This document shows, one piece after another, positions 16,883 through 20,000 of a stretch of 20,000 nucleotides of DNA. Under the pieces are notes generated by a model. The model searched no databases. It was not told the origin of the DNA and saw nothing but the letters and a program-made list of their open reading frames with translations. The stretch spans positions 57,265 to 77,264 of the forward strand of contig JAKLKB010000011.1 in NCBI GenBank assembly GCA_023150835.1. The letters run 5' to 3'. How positions within the stretch are numbered: position 1 is the stretch's first letter; the number at the start of each line of letters is the position of its first letter. Both the position numbers and the translations under genes were made by a program. Source of the DNA: Myxococcota bacterium (GTDB lineage: Bacteria; Myxococcota_C; UBA6777).

Positions 16883-17872
16883 TTACACATCGTCGTCGTC
16901 GGTTTCTAGCGTGTTGTGTGGATTTTGTGTGGGGGGAGGAACGGAAGGGATGGAATCAAGCGATTCACGGGCTTGTTGGAGGCGTTGGTTGGCGAGGGCG
17001 ACAAGTGCGGGATCGGCTTCGGAGGCCAGAAATCGACGTTGTAGGCGTTTGCAGACGACAGGACAAGTGCCGGCCCCTGCAAAAAGGTCAAGCACAAGAT
17101 CGCCTGCGTTGGAACTGGCGAGGACAAGGCGTTCGATCAATCGCTCGGGTTTTTGGATGGTGTGGAGCAGATCGCGGCTAAGCAGTTCTTTGGAGCGATA
17201 GGTCAGTTGTTTGATGTCTCCCCAGACATCCCCGGGATTTTTGCCTTGTTCGTTGTACTTGGTTTTGGCGTAAGGGCCTTGTTGGACGGAAGGAACGCGC
17301 TCACAGCGTTTGCGATGTTCGAGTTCGACCAGTTGAGGGACGCGGATCGCCTCAAGGTTGAAACAGCGCGGCTGCGCCCCTTTGAGGAAGTAGCAGATCA
17401 CGTCGTAATTGTTTGTGTAGTTGCGTCGGCCTTGGGCGAGACGGCTGGGTTGATACCAGATGATCCGCCTTCGCAAGTTGAGGTAAGGCCGATAGTCGAC
17501 AAAGTCGATGCAGTCGTGTTTTCCGAAAAGATACATCGCACCGCCCTCTTTCAAGATCCGAGAACAGCCCGCGATCAAACGCAGATTGAATTCTTGGATC
17601 GAGGTGTGTTGATCCCATGCGTGCGTTGTGACCCCGTAAGGTCCATCGCAGATCACCAGATCGACCGAAGAATCGGGGATCTGCGACAGCAGAAAAACAG
17701 CGTCCCCGCAGTAGATCGCGTTTTCTTCAAGCTGCAAGGGGGGTTGTGGTTTGAGGTGCAAGGGGGGTTGTGTCTCAAGGTGCAAAGGGGATTGTGTCTC
17801 AAGGTGCAAGGGGAGTGTTTTTTCGGGGTGGGATGGAGACGGTGTGCTTGTGGTTTGGGGAGGTCTGTTCAA
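16883..17872 (-). CDS. Orphan site-specific DNA methyltransferase (N4-C/N6-A, beta class)
   Basis: Motif IV variant VDLVICDGPY precedes QKPERLIERLV and motif I DLVLDLFAGAGT. TTG start with GAGG upstream; start uncertain. Confidence 0.88.
   Translation of the reverse strand: MNRPPQTTSTPSPSHPEKTLPLHLETQSPLHLETQPPLHLKPQPPLQLEENAIYCGDAVFLLSQIPDSSVDLVICDGPYGVTTHAWDQHTSIQEFNLRLIAGCSRILKEGGAMYLFGKHDCIDFVDYRPYLNLRRRIIWYQPSRLAQGRRNYTNNYDVICYFLKGAQPRCFNLEAIRVPQLVELEHRKRCERVPSVQQGPYAKTKYNEQGKNPGDVWGDIKQLTYRSKELLSRDLLHTIQKPERLIERLVLASSNAGDLVLDLFAGAGTCPVVCKRLQRRFLASEADPALVALANQRLQQARESLDSIPSVPPPTQNPHNTLETDDDDV
17728..17813. repeat. 24-bp coding tandem repeat, about 3.5 copies, encoding (PLHLETQP)n at the MTase N-terminus
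   Basis: AGGTGCAAGGGGGGTTGTGTCTCA-like units. Confidence 0.88.
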
Positions 17873-17902
17873 TGTGTAGCCTCATGGCGGGGAGAGGTCT
17901 GG

Positions 17903-18003
17903 TGGAGTGTGTTTGATGCGTAGGCTCTAGGAGATCAGATTGTGCGCGTTCGATGCGTAGGCTCTAGGGGAACAGATGGAGTGTGTTTGATGCGTAGGCT
18001 CTA
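17903..18003. repeat. 37-bp intergenic tandem repeat, about 2.7 copies
   Basis: Units start at 17903, 17940 and 17977 with the invariant core GATGCGTAGGCTCTA. The last copy contains the TAG stop of the adjacent minus-strand gene. Confidence 0.9.
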
Positions 18004-18705
18004 AGAGTTCAGAATGTTTGTGATGACTTCTTGGGCGGTGTCGTCTTCTTTTACGCGCAGAGATCGCAGCAAAAGCCCGATGCCTGCGAGCAAACAGGCG
18101 CTACCAAACGCCACCAAGATCCAGCCGGCACTTTCGGGGGGGTTGCGGCCTTCTTGGAGCAGGCCATAACGTGCGGCGAGGTTGTCGGGGTAATGATCAC
18201 GCATCTTGCTGTGCAGCCTTCCGTTGGTGCCGTCGGAGAAAGAGACGAAGCCTCGGACTTCTTGGAGGGCGACAATCTGTGTTTGTTTGTCGCGCAAAAG
18301 CTGTTGGAGATCGTTGGTTTTGCCAGCCGCTTTGTATTCAAACAGCAGATGCAAAAGGTGGCGTATGCTTTGTGCTTCAACGCGCATCAACAATTGCACA
18401 AAGCCTCGATAATGGGGATCTTTGGGGCGGATGGCGACCACAAAGATCGGGGAGATCATCTCGCTCGGGCGTTTGGTTTGCGGAGTACCGTTGTAGTCGA
18501 ATAGCTGGGCTTTTCGATAATCAACACGGCAATCCGTCAGATGCAGCCAGCGTATGTTCGGGCGTTTTTGATGGTATTCTGCGCAGGTCATTTGGGTAGG
18601 TTGTGTTTCTCGGACGCTCACAACGAGGTCTTTGATGCCGCGCCATGCGGTCATACTGCCGAGCGCGAGCAAAAAGGCCCCCCACAAAGCGAGTTTAAGC
18701 TTCAT
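18001..18705 (-). CDS. Hypothetical membrane protein with N- and C-terminal TM helices flanking a soluble domain
   Basis: Hydrophobic segments MKLKLALWGAFLLALG and WILVAFGSACLLAGIGLLL. ATG at 18705 with GAAGGA upstream. Confidence 0.7.
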   Translation of the reverse strand: MKLKLALWGAFLLALGSMTAWRGIKDLVVSVRETQPTQMTCAEYHQKRPNIRWLHLTDCRVDYRKAQLFDYNGTPQTKRPSEMISPIFVVAIRPKDPHYRGFVQLLMRVEAQSIRHLLHLLFEYKAAGKTNDLQQLLRDKQTQIVALQEVRGFVSFSDGTNGRLHSKMRDHYPDNLAARYGLLQEGRNPPESAGWILVAFGSACLLAGIGLLLRSLRVKEDDTAQEVITNILNS

Positions 18706-18892
18706 GATAACGATTTGTCCTTCAAGGATTTTTTGTTTGGTTTTGGTGGAAATTCCTGCGTTGGGATAGACTGGCTGGCCTTCGACAAACACACCGCGCA
18801 CCGTATGAAAGTACTTCTGTTTTTTTTGTGTGTCCAGTTCCTGCATAAGGCAGTTTATCAAAGCGCGATCCCGAAAGCGCAACAGGAGGCGC

Positions 18893-19735
18893 GTGTTGAA
18901 GCTCTGGATATTGGGGTGTTTGTTGTGTTTTGGGTGGTTCGAGATGGGTTGTGTTTTTCGTTATCGAAGCGCTTCGGGCGCGGAGGTTTTGCTGGATCAT
19001 CGGCGTTTTGCGAAAGCAGAGCGCGATCGGCGGATCGTGCAAGCCGCGTCGTTGCGGATCACTCGGATTTTGCGAGAAGATCTTCACTGGCTCCAAGCGC
19101 GTTTGTTGGATTACAATCTGGTGTTGCGCGGATACTTCGTGGTGTTTACCTATCGCCCCGCAGAGAGCGCCTTGAGTCGATGGGGTTATGCTTCGATGGT
19201 GCGAGCCGCCACGATGTATGCTTGGATCGCCAAGCAGCTTCGGTCTTTTTTGGCTATCTACCCGCCCTCTACGCCCACGCCCTCTACACCCACGTCCCCA
19301 ACCCGCTCCATTTTTACGCAAATTCCCAAGCCTCTGAATCCATCGACGCCCACACAAAACACACTGCACCCGCAAAGGCAGACCGCACAAGAGGCTGTGT
19401 TGCGCAAGCGCACGCCCCAAGAGGTCTTGCGCGAGATCCAAGGTAGTGTGGGGGCGCTAGAGAAACAGGCTTATAAGATGCTGCTGATGACGTTGTTTGT
19501 GGGCTTCTTTTTTCGTCATCACTTGCCGAAAGAGCCGGTACATCGAGTCGAACACAATCGCTGGTTGCGGATCGCCGCCCGACAGCGCATCCAACTCGCC
19601 CAAGAACTCGGCATCCAAGAGGCCCAACACAAGGCGATCTTGGGTGAAGTTCGCCAAAGTCTGCGCAAGATCCTCCGAGGCAACGATCCAAGGGGCTTCC
19701 AACAAGCCTTCGAGGGATTTGTTCGGACGCTCTAA
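18893..19735 (+). CDS. Hypothetical exported protein, possibly a lipoprotein, with a Pro/Thr-rich linker
   Basis: AGGAGG RBS at 18884-18889 before GTG/TTG; hydrophobic leader ending EMGC; PSTPTPSTPT linker; stop TAA at 19733-19735. Confidence 0.6.
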   Translation: MLKLWILGCLLCFGWFEMGCVFRYRSASGAEVLLDHRRFAKAERDRRIVQAASLRITRILREDLHWLQARLLDYNLVLRGYFVVFTYRPAESALSRWGYASMVRAATMYAWIAKQLRSFLAIYPPSTPTPSTPTSPTRSIFTQIPKPLNPSTPTQNTLHPQRQTAQEAVLRKRTPQEVLREIQGSVGALEKQAYKMLLMTLFVGFFFRHHLPKEPVHRVEHNRWLRIAARQRIQLAQELGIQEAQHKAILGEVRQSLRKILRGNDPRGFQQAFEGFVRTL

Positions 19736-20000
19736 TACGATATCCGAGCGATATGTGATCGAAGGAGAGTGCGTAGACTCCCTGTAATAGGGCAGCCACG
19801 GGGGGCTGCCCCTACATCTTTACGATCATACAACGGGCGGATTTCGTAGATACGATATCCGAGCGGTATGTGATCGAAGGAGAGTGCGTAGAAGCCCTGT
19901 AATAGGGCAGCCACGGGGGGCTGCCCCTACATCTTTACGATCATACAACGGGCGGATTTCGTAGATACGATATCCGAGCGATATGTGATCGAAGGAGAGT
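19736..20000. repeat. 115-bp tandem array (at least 2.3 copies, runs off the window) of the REP-containing element
   Basis: Units start TACGATATCCGAGCG at 19736, 19851 and 19966. REP hairpins at 19790-19815 and 19905-19930. Confidence 0.96.

Noticed and set aside
16042..17923. Plus-strand ORFs 16042-16800 and 17153-17923
   Set aside because: Antisense shadows of lolA and the DNA methyltransferase.

Overview
Bacterial chromosomal window of moderate-to-high GC with no rRNA, tRNA, transposase or true CRISPR array. The many lipoproteins and the two-domain ArsA/GET3 ATPase suggest a Myxococcota-like Gram-negative, which is an inference. About 18 genes are present: a truncated NHL/beta-propeller protein, an ArsM/AS3MT-type methyltransferase, DUF1338 (HglS-like), an internally deleted Zn-dehydrogenase, three more small SAM methyltransferases, a cis-prenyltransferase, a cytochrome c lipoprotein split at an A10 tract, NADAR/YbiA, a PIN toxin whose antitoxin has an in-frame amber codon, a SecD-P1-like lipoprotein directly behind a fused BagA/BagB-like ATPase, TlpA, LolA, an orphan beta-class DNA methyltransferase (DGPY motif) and hypothetical proteins. 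Intergenic DNA is repeat-rich, with a GTAG-type REP hairpin inside a nested-palindromic 77-115 bp element (5 copies) and several short tandem repeats just past stop codons. The best leads are the A10-split mono/di-heme cytochrome, the amber-interrupted antitoxin with a possible internal restart, the ATPase plus SecD-P1 lipoprotein operon, the nested REP element and an apparent CGATCG excess. All product calls come from motif recognition by eye; no database search was run.
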